Shown one piece after another: positions 19,156-28,401 of a stretch of DNA of 64,000 bases. Below the pieces are notes generated by a model that did no database searches, had not been told where the DNA came from, and saw only the letters and a program-made list of their open reading frames with translations. Numbering within the stretch: position 1 is the first letter of the stretch; every line of letters begins with the position of its first letter. Location: assembly GCA_946412015.1 (NCBI GenBank), contig CAMKGA010000002.1, positions 6,930 through 70,929 of the forward strand, given 5' to 3'. The stretch comes from an uncultured Bacillales bacterium (GTDB lineage: Bacteria > Bacillota_I > Bacilli_A > RF39 > UBA660). The translations under genes were made by a program, and so were the position numbers.

Positions 19156-20415
19156 ATGAAAAATGATAAAAAAGCTAAAATAATAAAAACTGAACTAGAT
19201 AAAATAGAATCTAATAATGAATATAAAAAAAATGAAAATATAGATTTAAAAAATATATCTTGTGATGATTCAGTAAAAATGTATTTTAATGAAATAATTA
19301 AATATGACTTATTATCTGATGAAGAAGAATATAATTATTCAAAAAATATACATATTGCTGACGATTTAGATATTACAAATAAATCGATTGTTCAAGGATG
19401 TACTAAAATAGATATTAATTTAACTAATATATTTTTATCATTTATTGATATTTCTTGTTATGATCAAATACTTAGAGAACTTTTATATTTTTATAAAACT
19501 TGTAATAATAATGAAGATAAAAAAGTATATAGTATATTAAAAAAATATGAAAAAAAAGTTACTGAAAAGGGTAGTTCTTTAAGCTTTGATGAAGTATCAA
19601 AATTAATAAATATAGATAAAAGTAATATAAAATATTTAAATGGAATACAATTAATGACACAAATAAAAAAATTTATATTATATAAAGATTCATACAATAA
19701 AATGTTTTGTTCTAACTTGAGATTAGTTGTAAGTATCGCAAAAAAATTTAATAGTCAAAATGATTTTTTAGACAATATTAATGAGGGAAATATTGGATTA
19801 ATGAAAGCAATTGATATGTATAATCCAGATTTAGGATATAGATTCTCAACGTATGCAACGTGGTGGATAAGACAAAAAATAGCTCGTTCTATCCATGATA
19901 GTTCAAGATTGATTAGGTATCCTGTGCATATTTCTGAAAATATTAATAAATTAAAAATGATAAGAAAAAAATATGTAACAGAATTTAGTAGAGTGCCTAC
20001 AATGGAAGAATTAATTAAAGAGCTTAATTTGCCAGAATCAAAAGTAAAGGAAATATTAAAATATGAATATGATGTAATATCTTTAAGTACACCTGTTGGT
20101 GAATCTGAAGACAGTGTTTTAGAGGACTTTATTAGTGATAAAAAAAATGTTGAAGATGATGTTGATAAAACTTTTCTAAAAGAAGATATAAATATATTAC
20201 TTGATGGATTAAATGAAAAAGAAAAAGAAGTTTTAAAACTTAGATTTGGACTAAATACTGAAAATGGAAAAGCAATGACACTTGAATCTGTAGCTTCTAT
20301 ATATGGAGTTAGCAGAGAAAGAATTAGACAGATAGAAGAAAAAGCTTTAAGAAAAGTAAGAGGAAGATCATATAGAAATTCTAAGAAAAGAGCAGTAAAA
20401 GAATACTTAATATAA
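19156..20415 (+). CDS. RpoD-like (group 1/2) sigma-70 factor with a long insertion between regions 1.2 and 2.1
   Basis: DSVKMYFNEIIKYDLLSDEEE (region 1.2), NLRLVVSIAKKF (2.1), FSTYATWWIRQKIARSI (2.3/2.4), IRYPVHISENINKL (3.0) and GVSRERIRQIEEKALRKVR (4.2). Confidence 0.85.
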   Translation: MKNDKKAKIIKTELDKIESNNEYKKNENIDLKNISCDDSVKMYFNEIIKYDLLSDEEEYNYSKNIHIADDLDITNKSIVQGCTKIDINLTNIFLSFIDISCYDQILRELLYFYKTCNNNEDKKVYSILKKYEKKVTEKGSSLSFDEVSKLINIDKSNIKYLNGIQLMTQIKKFILYKDSYNKMFCSNLRLVVSIAKKFNSQNDFLDNINEGNIGLMKAIDMYNPDLGYRFSTYATWWIRQKIARSIHDSSRLIRYPVHISENINKLKMIRKKYVTEFSRVPTMEELIKELNLPESKVKEILKYEYDVISLSTPVGESEDSVLEDFISDKKNVEDDVDKTFLKEDINILLDGLNEKEKEVLKLRFGLNTENGKAMTLESVASIYGVSRERIRQIEEKALRKVRGRSYRNSKKRAVKEYLI

Positions 20416-21033
20416 AAGAGTTATTCTTTTATTTTTTATTTCAATAAAACCTTCTTCCTTTAGATATTTTAATTCTCTTGACATTGCTGATCTATCTATT
20501 GCTAAAAAATCAGCTAGATCAGTAAAAGTAAAAGGTAAATATATGTTTTTAGAATTGTTTTTAGATGAAACAATTCTAAAATATTCTAACAATTTATTTC
20601 TAATAGTTTTTTTTGTTAATATTTCAATTCTATTGTTTTTTTCATTTATTGAGTTTATTATTATTTCCAGAAGATTTTTTATAAATTGATTATAATATTT
20701 ACTTTTACTATTCTTATTTATTATTTGGTAATAATCAAATATTATTATTTTTGTTTCTTCTTTGGTAATAATACTATATTCTATATTATTTAACGATGAT
20801 ATTTTAGAACCAAATATTTCATTTTCTCCTAATTCTTCTATAATAATTCTATTTCCATTATAGTCAGTCTTTATAATTTGAATTAGTCCATTAACAATAA
20901 TACCAATAAAATTGGTATTTTTTACTTTTTTTAATATTAATTCATTTTTTTCGAAGCTTATTGAATATGCTTCTAAGTCTTTTAATAGATTTATCTTTTC
21001 TTGTTTATTTATATTATCAAATGGTTGCCTCAT
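20407..21033 (-). CDS. Crp/Fnr-family transcriptional regulator
   Basis: The cNMP-binding-like N-terminus (ILKKVKNTNFIGIIVNGLIQI...EIFG) and the C-terminal HTH (FTFTDLADFLAIDRSAMSRELKYLKEEGFI) support the family call. ATG 21033 follows AGGAGA, and the track's upstream extension is rejected. Confidence 0.8.
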   Translation of the reverse strand: MRQPFDNINKQEKINLLKDLEAYSISFEKNELILKKVKNTNFIGIIVNGLIQIIKTDYNGNRIIIEELGENEIFGSKISSLNNIEYSIITKEETKIIIFDYYQIINKNSKSKYYNQFIKNLLEIIINSINEKNNRIEILTKKTIRNKLLEYFRIVSSKNNSKNIYLPFTFTDLADFLAIDRSAMSRELKYLKEEGFIEIKNKRITLLY

Positions 21034-21074
21034 AATAAAATCTCCTACGTCAATTAAAATGATAACACATTTTT

Positions 21075-21100
21075 TATATTGTTGCAATTGCAACAATATA
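21075..21100. promoter_or_regulatory. Perfect 26-bp palindrome in the crp/nrdD divergent intergenic region (candidate operator)
   Basis: TATATTGTTGCAATTGCAACAATATA is its own reverse complement, verified base by base. Confidence 0.6.
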
Positions 21101-21150
21101 ATTTTAAAAAATGTGATATTATGATGATGGTATACGAAGTAGGAGGACAT

Positions 21151-23343
21151 ATGAAGGTTATAAAAAGAGATGGACATATGGTAGAATATAGTCCTGATAA
21201 AATAGAAGAAGCTATAAATAAAGCTAATTTAGAAGTTGAAGAAGAAGATAGAGTATCGTCTATTCAAATTAAAAATATTATTAAATATATTGAAAGATTA
21301 GGTAAAAAAAGAATTTTAGTTGAAGACATTCAAGATATTATTGAAATGAAATTAATGTCAATGGGGAAATATGTTTTAGCAAAAAAATATATTACTTATC
21401 GTTATACGAGAGAACTTGTTAGAAGAAGTAATACAACAGATCTTGCTATTAAAGAACTTATTGATGGTGAGTCTGAATACTGGAATACTGAAAATTCTAA
21501 TAAAAATGCTAGAGTAGTTACTACTCAAAGAGATTATTTGGCTGGTATAACTAGTACAGATATTACAAGAAGATTTTTACTTCCTGAAGATATTGTTAAA
21601 GCACACGATGATGGTATAATTCATTTTCATGATGCAGATTATTTTGCACAAAATGCGCTTCATAACTGTGATTTAATCAATCTTGATGATATGCTTCAAA
21701 ATGGAACGAATATTAATGGTGTAATGATAGAAAAGCCACATAAATTCTTAACGGCAATGACAATTGCAACACAGTTAATAACAGCAGTAACATCATCACA
21801 ATATGGTGGTGCTACTATAACGCTAACACACCTAGCTCCATTTGCTCGTGCAAGTTATTTGAAGTATTTAGAAAAATATAAAAAGAGAAAAATGACTAAA
21901 GCACAATGTGAAAAATATGCTAAGGAAGATTTACATAGAGAAATTGTTGATGGAGTACAAACTTTTCAATATCAGATAAACTCTATGACAACTACTAATG
22001 GTCAGGCACCATTTCTATCAGTTTGTATGTATTTAGGTGAAACTGATGAATATAAAGATGAGCTTGCTATGATAATAGAGGAAGTTTTAAAACAAAGAAT
22101 TGAAGGAATGAAAAATGAAAAAGGTGTATATATTACTCCAGCATTTCCTAAACTATTATATGTACTTGAAGAAGATAATATAAAAGAAGATTCTAAGTAT
22201 TATTATTTAACTAAATTAGCTTGTGAATGTACAGCTAAAAGAATGGTTCCAGATTATATATCTGAAAAAGTAATGAAGGAGCTAAAGAAGAATGAGTATG
22301 GAGAAGGAGAATGCTATCCTTGTATGGGTTGCCGTTCATTCTTAACTCCAGATAGATCAATTTCACGTGGTAATATTGCTAAAGCTAAAAATTATGTTGA
22401 GGGTAAAGGTAAATACTATGGTAGATTTAACCAAGGTGTTGTTACAATAAATCTTGTTGATGTTGCTCTTACTGCTGATAAAGATATGGATGTATTTTGG
22501 CGCGTATTTGAAGAAAGATTAGAATTATGTCATAGAGCACTACAAATCAGACATAAACGTTTATCTAAAACCACATCGGATGTTGCTCCAATATTATGGC
22601 AATATGGTGCTTTAGCTAGACTTGAAAAGGGTGAATCTATTCATGAGTTACTACACCATGGATATTCTACAATTTCACTTGGCTATGCTGGACTTTATGA
22701 ATGTGTTAAGTTTATGACTGGACATTCACATACAGATAATGGTAAAGGAAAAGAATTTGCCTTAGAAGTAATGCAAAAAATGAACGATAAATGTAATGAA
22801 TGGAAAAAGGAAGAGGATATAGACTATAGTGTTTATGGTACTCCTATTGAATCAACTACTTATAAATTTGCAAAATGTTTAAAAGAAAGATTCGGCAAAA
22901 TTAAAGGAATTACTGATAGAGATTATATTACTAACTCTTATCATGTTCCTGTATTTGAAGAAATTGATGCATTTGATAAATTAACGTTAGAATCAGAATT
23001 TCAAAGATTATCACCAGGTGGAGCTATTTCTTATATAGAGACTCCTAATTTACAAAATAATTTAGATGCAGTAATGGAAATAGTTAAATTTATTTATGAT
23101 AATATTATGTATGCTGAACTTAATACTAAGTCTGATTACTGTCAAGAATGTGGATATACAGGAGAAATATTAATAGACGATAATTTAGAATGGTATTGTC
23201 CAAATTGTGGAAATAGAGACCACGATAAATTAAATGTTGCTCGACGTACTTGTGGATATATTGGAACTAATTTTTGGAATAAAGGTAGAACTCAGGAAAT
23301 CAAAGAAAGAGTACTACATGTAGATAATAAAGATTGTGATTAA
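21151..23343 (+). CDS. nrdD: Anaerobic ribonucleoside-triphosphate reductase (class III)
   Basis: N-terminal ATP-cone (VIKRDGHMVEYSPDKIEEAI), the C-terminal Zn site CQECG...CPNCG and the glycyl-radical tail RRTCGYIG. ATG 21151 follows AGGAGG. Confidence 0.95.
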   Translation: MKVIKRDGHMVEYSPDKIEEAINKANLEVEEEDRVSSIQIKNIIKYIERLGKKRILVEDIQDIIEMKLMSMGKYVLAKKYITYRYTRELVRRSNTTDLAIKELIDGESEYWNTENSNKNARVVTTQRDYLAGITSTDITRRFLLPEDIVKAHDDGIIHFHDADYFAQNALHNCDLINLDDMLQNGTNINGVMIEKPHKFLTAMTIATQLITAVTSSQYGGATITLTHLAPFARASYLKYLEKYKKRKMTKAQCEKYAKEDLHREIVDGVQTFQYQINSMTTTNGQAPFLSVCMYLGETDEYKDELAMIIEEVLKQRIEGMKNEKGVYITPAFPKLLYVLEEDNIKEDSKYYYLTKLACECTAKRMVPDYISEKVMKELKKNEYGEGECYPCMGCRSFLTPDRSISRGNIAKAKNYVEGKGKYYGRFNQGVVTINLVDVALTADKDMDVFWRVFEERLELCHRALQIRHKRLSKTTSDVAPILWQYGALARLEKGESIHELLHHGYSTISLGYAGLYECVKFMTGHSHTDNGKGKEFALEVMQKMNDKCNEWKKEEDIDYSVYGTPIESTTYKFAKCLKERFGKIKGITDRDYITNSYHVPVFEEIDAFDKLTLESEFQRLSPGGAISYIETPNLQNNLDAVMEIVKFIYDNIMYAELNTKSDYCQECGYTGEILIDDNLEWYCPNCGNRDHDKLNVARRTCGYIGTNFWNKGRTQEIKERVLHVDNKDCD

Positions 23344-23344
23344 T

Positions 23345-23842
23345 ATGAGATATAATAAAATAAGAAAAATGGATATAGCAAACGGTCCTGGTATTAGGGT
23401 GTCAATATTTATGCAGGGTTGTACATTTAATTGCAAGGGATGTTTCAACCCTGATACTCATAGTTTTACTGGGGGCAAAGAATTTAATGATGATATTATT
23501 GATAAAATAATTGATTTATCTAATAAAAATTATATTAGAGGATTATCAATATTAGGTGGAGAACCTATGCATAAAAAAAATGCTTTAGGAACTTTAAAAC
23601 TTGCTAAAATCTTTAAAGAAAAATATCCTGAAAAAGATGTATGGGTATGGTCTGGTTTTTTATATGATGATTTGATAAAAAATTATGATTTAAATAATAT
23701 AGATATCCTTGTTGATGGAAAATATGTACAAGATTTATATAATCCAACATTAAAGTATAGGGGGTCATCTAATCAAAGAGTTATTGATGTAAAAAAATCT
23801 TTAAAGAAAAATAAAATTGTATTGTATGAAGGAGTAGAGTAG
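23345..23842 (+). CDS. nrdG: Anaerobic RNR activating protein (radical SAM)
   Basis: ANGPGIRVSIFMQGCTFNCKGCFNP (CX3CX2C), plus GLSILGGEP. It lies directly after nrdD. Confidence 0.92.
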   Translation: MRYNKIRKMDIANGPGIRVSIFMQGCTFNCKGCFNPDTHSFTGGKEFNDDIIDKIIDLSNKNYIRGLSILGGEPMHKKNALGTLKLAKIFKEKYPEKDVWVWSGFLYDDLIKNYDLNNIDILVDGKYVQDLYNPTLKYRGSSNQRVIDVKKSLKKNKIVLYEGVE

Positions 23843-24297
23843 TGAGAAAAAGAGGATTTGAAATAGCAAAAGGTTGGGAAGATAAAGATATTCATATACC
23901 AGTTAGAAAGACAGCTCATGCTGCTGCATATGATATTGAAGCGGCAGAAGATATAATAGTTCCAGTTTATAAGCCAGGAATAAAACCAACACTTATTCCA
24001 ACTGGATTAAAAGCATATTGTATGGATGATGAATGTTATTTTTTACTAAGTAGATCTGGTGGACCTAAAAAAGGATTATTAACCCCACACGGATTTGGAT
24101 TAATTGATGCAGATTATTATGAAAATCCAGATAATGATGGACATTTTATGGTTCAAGTATTTAATTGTTCAGATAAGGAATTAAAAATAAAAAAGGGCGA
24201 TGCAATTGCTCAAGTAATGTTTACGAAATTTTTGATTACGGATGATGATAATGCAAAAGGGACAAGAAAAGGTGGTTTCGGTTCTACAGATAGATAA
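23842..24297 (+). CDS. dut: dUTP diphosphatase (trimeric dUTPase superfamily)
   Basis: AAAYDI, RSGGPKKGL, GLIDADY and the C-terminal RKGGFGSTD motif V. GTG start after AGGAGT. Confidence 0.88.
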   Translation: MRKRGFEIAKGWEDKDIHIPVRKTAHAAAYDIEAAEDIIVPVYKPGIKPTLIPTGLKAYCMDDECYFLLSRSGGPKKGLLTPHGFGLIDADYYENPDNDGHFMVQVFNCSDKELKIKKGDAIAQVMFTKFLITDDDNAKGTRKGGFGSTDR

Positions 24298-24307
24298 GTT
24301 TTTTAGG

Positions 24308-25928
24308 GGTGAAGTAAAGTAATTGTTGGAAAATTTTTAGAGGAAATACAAGTTATATAATTAATTTGTATTTTTTTATATTCTTTTAGATAGAAAATAA
24401 TCTAATCTATAGTTATCTTTTAAATTAAAATTAGAATTATTAATATAGTGTTCAATATTATATTTATTATTAGGATTAATTAGTATATTAGATTGATTTC
24501 TAAATTTAATTTTTTATATGCTGAAATACCTGATTTAAACTCATAATATATTTCTTCAGTTAATTTTATTTTATTTGCTTTCATAGTAAGTAGTTGAACA
24601 ATATTCTCTAAACCAGTTTCAGAATAAGAATGAGGTCTGGAAGTAATAAATTTGGCATATTTGTTTGAAATATGACCTTCCATAGAACAAGGACATTTGC
24701 AAAGTGGATGATGTAGATTAATTATACCTTCTATATTTTCAATTAAAAAGTTCTGAACTTTAATTATATCTGCTTTTTGTTCTGAAAATTTATCTATTTG
24801 AGAATTAACTAATAATTTAAATTCATTTATCATTTTATTTCTTAAATAAGAATCAGCAATTTTTGTTAATAAAGTGTCTTTTTTAAATATATAAGCTAGT
24901 TTTTTATTAAAATAATGAAATGGATCTAATACATAAATGGCATTTGAAAAAGCAACATCATATCCTTTTATTCAATGGCCACCATCACCAGAAATAAATA
25001 TTGTTGGTTCTTTATTTAAATCATATTTTTTATTTAGATAGTTATAAGTTTCTTCCCATAACTTATCAGTTTTAAGTATTGAAGAAACAAGATAATGTTG
25101 TTCCTTAAGTTCTTTTTTCTTAACAAAATCTTCTTTGTGACCTTCATGAGTTAAAATAACAGGAACAATTCTATTTTTAGTACCAAGATTTCTAGATTGA
25201 AGATTAGCATGTACTTCATCTGCTTCAATATAAATAACATCAGGAGTATCTTTCTGCTTAACTTTTTCAATATAATTGTAATTTATATTTTGAATTTTAG
25301 ATGAAATTGTCTGCCATTTAACAATGTAGTTAGGAATAGAATTATTAGCGGACCAATAATAACCATTATCTAAAGCATTATTTATAAATTTAACTTCAGC
25401 GGCAAGGGTCATTTTAGCCCATTTAGCAATACCTAGATAATCTTCTAAGTAACTGTAATATTTATATTTGCCATTTATCTTATTTTTAGATTTATAGTAA
25501 GTTTTATTAAAAGTTAATAATCCTAAAGAAGTAATCAAAGTTCTTTCCCTGGTTTACCACACATAGTATTTTTCTTTTCTAACTTTAGAATTTTTATATT
25601 GTAAATCTAAATATTCTAATATTTGCCTTAAAATATCAATATTTAATTCGTTAGTAGACTTTAATAAATTATGTTCAATATGATGTAAATATTGATTATT
25701 TACTAAAATGTTAGATAAATGGTTAACAAATGACTGAAATAGTGATATGATATTCATTGAGAAAACAACTCCTTTAATTAACCTTTACACTTTGAGTGTT
25801 TATACAGGTTATTGTTTATATGTTCAAATTAATTATATAACATTAAGTTATATTTATATAGGAGGTTTTCTCTTTTTTATTATAAAATTATTTTTCCCAC
25901 ATCTATTTTACTACATCTTTTTATCCTG
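24308..25928 (-). mobile_element. Decayed ISLre2-family (UPF0236-type transposase) insertion sequence
   Basis: Three consecutive minus-strand ORF fragments of one transposase. The identical 11-mer AGTTTTTTAGG flanks the unit at 24297-24307 and 25929-25939. The ends show only loosely inverted similarity (GGTGAAGTAAAGTAATTGTTGG against the reverse complement of CCCACATCTATTTTACTACATC). Confidence 0.7.
24480..25757 (-). pseudogene. UPF0236/ISLre2-type transposase, broken into at least 3 frames
   Basis: The fragments 25757-25554 (..LDLQYKNSKVRKEKYYV), 25538-24972 (LLTFNKTYYKSK..YLEDYLGI..VIYIEADEVHANLQ..IFISGDGG) and 24833-24480 match the order of UPF0236 proteins, but they lie in different frames with stops between them. 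Confidence 0.75.
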
Positions 25929-26006
25929 AGTTTTTTAGGAGTAATATTGAAATTCTTCTTTTTTTATTGTAAAATATTATTAATAATAAATAATTAGAAG
26001 GGGTTT

Positions 26007-27671
26007 GTGATTATGACAAATTCGGCTAAATTAAATATAAAGAGAGTAGTAGCAAAACAAAATTCAGTAAAACCAAAATTTAATAATTATAATTCATATG
26101 GAATTAAAAAAGTTAATTATAAAGCAAATACGAATAAGCTACCGGATAATAATGATTCAGAATCTATTGATTTTAAAATTGAAAATAGTGATTTTTCAAA
26201 ACTTACTGATTATCAGAATGTATCTTTAACTGCTATTGATTTTATTCAATATTTAGCTATTAATGGATTTGATATTAATAGGTTAAAAGGGAAAACGATA
26301 AGTGAATGTGTAGAAATATTTAGTGAAGGTAACGATGAATATCATGTTGGCTTTTTAAAAGGTCTAATGGATAATGGTTTTTCAGATTATAAAATAGTAG
26401 AAGTAATACAAGATGGAAGCTTTGATGCGGTTGTATTACAAGATCCATCTGGAAATTATAGGATATTTTATAATTCTACTAAGAATTATGGAGATTATTC
26501 AGATGATATTGGAGATTATTTATATGATGCAAGAAATATTGTTGAAGAACAATTTGTAAATGGCTGGATTGATTCCTTACTTGGTAATGCTTTTGAAACA
26601 ACTGGTACATTTGCTGGAACTGCATTAGGAATTGCTGCGAGTATATTGGGGGCTCCTCAACTTATGGCTGCAGGTGTTGTAACAGGAAAGGTTTTAGGAG
26701 CTAATTTGTATAAAAAAGCAGTTGATGCTATTAGAAATGGGCTTGATCCTGATTCTGATTCATATCTTATTGAATTTATTGAGAATAAATTAGATGATTC
26801 AGGAATGGATGAATCTATGAAAAAACAACTAATATATACAATAAAGAATGGTGGATTAAATGGTCAATATCAAGATCAGCAAAATAAAGCTAAAGCGCTT
26901 GCAGATAAATACTTTAATACAGCCTTGAGTAAAGGTAAAAAACTAAGTGTTCAAGGTTATTCTCTTGGTGGTAGTTTAACAGAAGCGGCCTACCTTTCTT
27001 TATGTGATAGAGAAGGAGCAAATGAGGTATTAGACGGAGTTGTTCTATATAATCCATATCACGATAATCTTACAACAGAGGAAGCAAATAAAATAAAAAA
27101 TGCTAATGGTTTTGAATTATATTGTGCTGAAGGTGATATGGTATCAACAGTATTTAATTATGATGATTTTAAGGATGATGCAAAGTATCTGTATATGGAT
27201 TATAAAACATTGCTTAAAAAGAATATAGGGAATATTGAAAATGATGGATTCAAAATGGATCAATTATCAAACTTTTCAGCAATTTTTGGGAATACCCATT
27301 TACCACATCCGTATTTAAATGAAAGGTTTGAGGGAACCAGCAGTCAAATTGCTTTTGCTGAGGATGGTTCTGTTAGAAAAAATGTTAACGGATATGATGT
27401 TCACGGTCATTCATTTGAAGAATTGTCTCAATATTTATTTGGTGGAGATAAAATAGCTAATGTTGATGAACTTGGTAAAGCAATTGTTTCAGAGGGTGCT
27501 TCAACTTATTTAGGAATAAATCTTACAGATGGTGATTTAGAAAATCCAACTAATGCTATTCCTGCGGCTGGAACTAAAGCTTTAACTGCTAAGATTGCAA
27601 AAATAGCTTTAGAATTGTATTTAAATTCTAATGCTAGTGGTGGTTCTAGTCATGGTGGAGGAGATTTATGA
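26007..27671 (+). CDS. Lipase/esterase-like alpha/beta-hydrolase protein (DUF2974/class-3-lipase-like), no signal peptide, Gly-rich C-terminus
   Basis: Nucleophile elbow VQGYSLGGSL (GxSxG), preceded by AVVLQDPSGNYRIFYNST. There is an internal hydrophobic Gly/Ala-rich stretch, and the protein ends SGGSSHGGGDL. The start is GTG 26007 or ATG 26013, after GAAGGGG. Confidence 0.65.
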   Translation: MIMTNSAKLNIKRVVAKQNSVKPKFNNYNSYGIKKVNYKANTNKLPDNNDSESIDFKIENSDFSKLTDYQNVSLTAIDFIQYLAINGFDINRLKGKTISECVEIFSEGNDEYHVGFLKGLMDNGFSDYKIVEVIQDGSFDAVVLQDPSGNYRIFYNSTKNYGDYSDDIGDYLYDARNIVEEQFVNGWIDSLLGNAFETTGTFAGTALGIAASILGAPQLMAAGVVTGKVLGANLYKKAVDAIRNGLDPDSDSYLIEFIENKLDDSGMDESMKKQLIYTIKNGGLNGQYQDQQNKAKALADKYFNTALSKGKKLSVQGYSLGGSLTEAAYLSLCDREGANEVLDGVVLYNPYHDNLTTEEANKIKNANGFELYCAEGDMVSTVFNYDDFKDDAKYLYMDYKTLLKKNIGNIENDGFKMDQLSNFSAIFGNTHLPHPYLNERFEGTSSQIAFAEDGSVRKNVNGYDVHGHSFEELSQYLFGGDKIANVDELGKAIVSEGASTYLGINLTDGDLENPTNAIPAAGTKALTAKIAKIALELYLNSNASGGSSHGGGDL

Positions 27672-27700
27672 TAGAATTATAATGAAATAGGAGGTTTTAT

Positions 27701-28177
27701 ATGAATATTGAAGGTATATATGAACATTCAAAAAAGAATAGTATAGGGAAAGAAAAAAAACAAAAATTAGTAAAAAGAATAAAAAGAATATCTACAGAAG
27801 TACTTGTATCTCTTATAGCAATAACAAGTGGGGTTAGTCTAACAGCTTGCCAGGATCCTAATTATACAACTAAAATGGTTTCATTATATATATATGATGC
27901 ACAAGAAATATTTGATAAATATGGTATGGATACTAGTCGAAAATATGGTGTTGAGGATTATATTAAGATTCCAGATATAAATGATGATAATTTAATTGGA
28001 TTTTATGAAATGCTAGGAAGAGAAGAATGTGAAAAAATAGCTCAAGCATTAGGATACAATGGGATTGATAATTATTTGATAAAAAATGGATATTTAAATT
28101 CTAATGGAGAGGCAAGTATTAAAGCATGGCGTGAATACTATGCTAGTAAGGCATTAGGAGGAGAAAAAACAAAATGA
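27701..28177 (+). CDS. Putative lipoprotein (158 aa)
   Basis: A basic n-region and hydrophobic segment are followed by the lipobox SLTAC (VSLIAITSGVSLTAC/QDP). RBS TAGGAGG. Confidence 0.7.
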   Translation: MNIEGIYEHSKKNSIGKEKKQKLVKRIKRISTEVLVSLIAITSGVSLTACQDPNYTTKMVSLYIYDAQEIFDKYGMDTSRKYGVEDYIKIPDINDDNLIGFYEMLGREECEKIAQALGYNGIDNYLIKNGYLNSNGEASIKAWREYYASKALGGEKTK

Positions 28178-28401
28178 GTATAGAAACTTTAGATATAGAT
28201 GGTAAAGAGTACTATGTTGTAGAAAAAATAAATAATAATAATAACTTATACTATATATTAATTAATACTATTGATAAAAATGATTTAATAATTAGGAAGT
28301 ACTTAAAAGAAGAAAATGAAGAGTATATTGTTGGATTAGATAATGAAAAAGAATATTATGATGTTATGAAAAAATATAATGATGGGGATAAAAATGAATA
28401 A
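28174..28401 (+). CDS. Small acidic protein (75 aa), DUF1292-like pattern
   Basis: ATGA overlap with the upstream stop. IETLDIDGKEYYVVEKI...LYYILIN...IIRKY...EYIVGLDNEKEYYDVMKKY resembles the DUF1292/UPF0473 layout. The assignment is weak. Confidence 0.5.
   Translation: MSIETLDIDGKEYYVVEKINNNNNLYYILINTIDKNDLIIRKYLKEENEEYIVGLDNEKEYYDVMKKYNDGDKNE

Noticed and set aside
25747-25929. A 60-aa plus-strand ORF at the right end of the IS.
   Set aside because: It lies in the IS terminal or promoter region, is Phe/Ile/Tyr-rich, and has no RBS. It is most likely non-coding.
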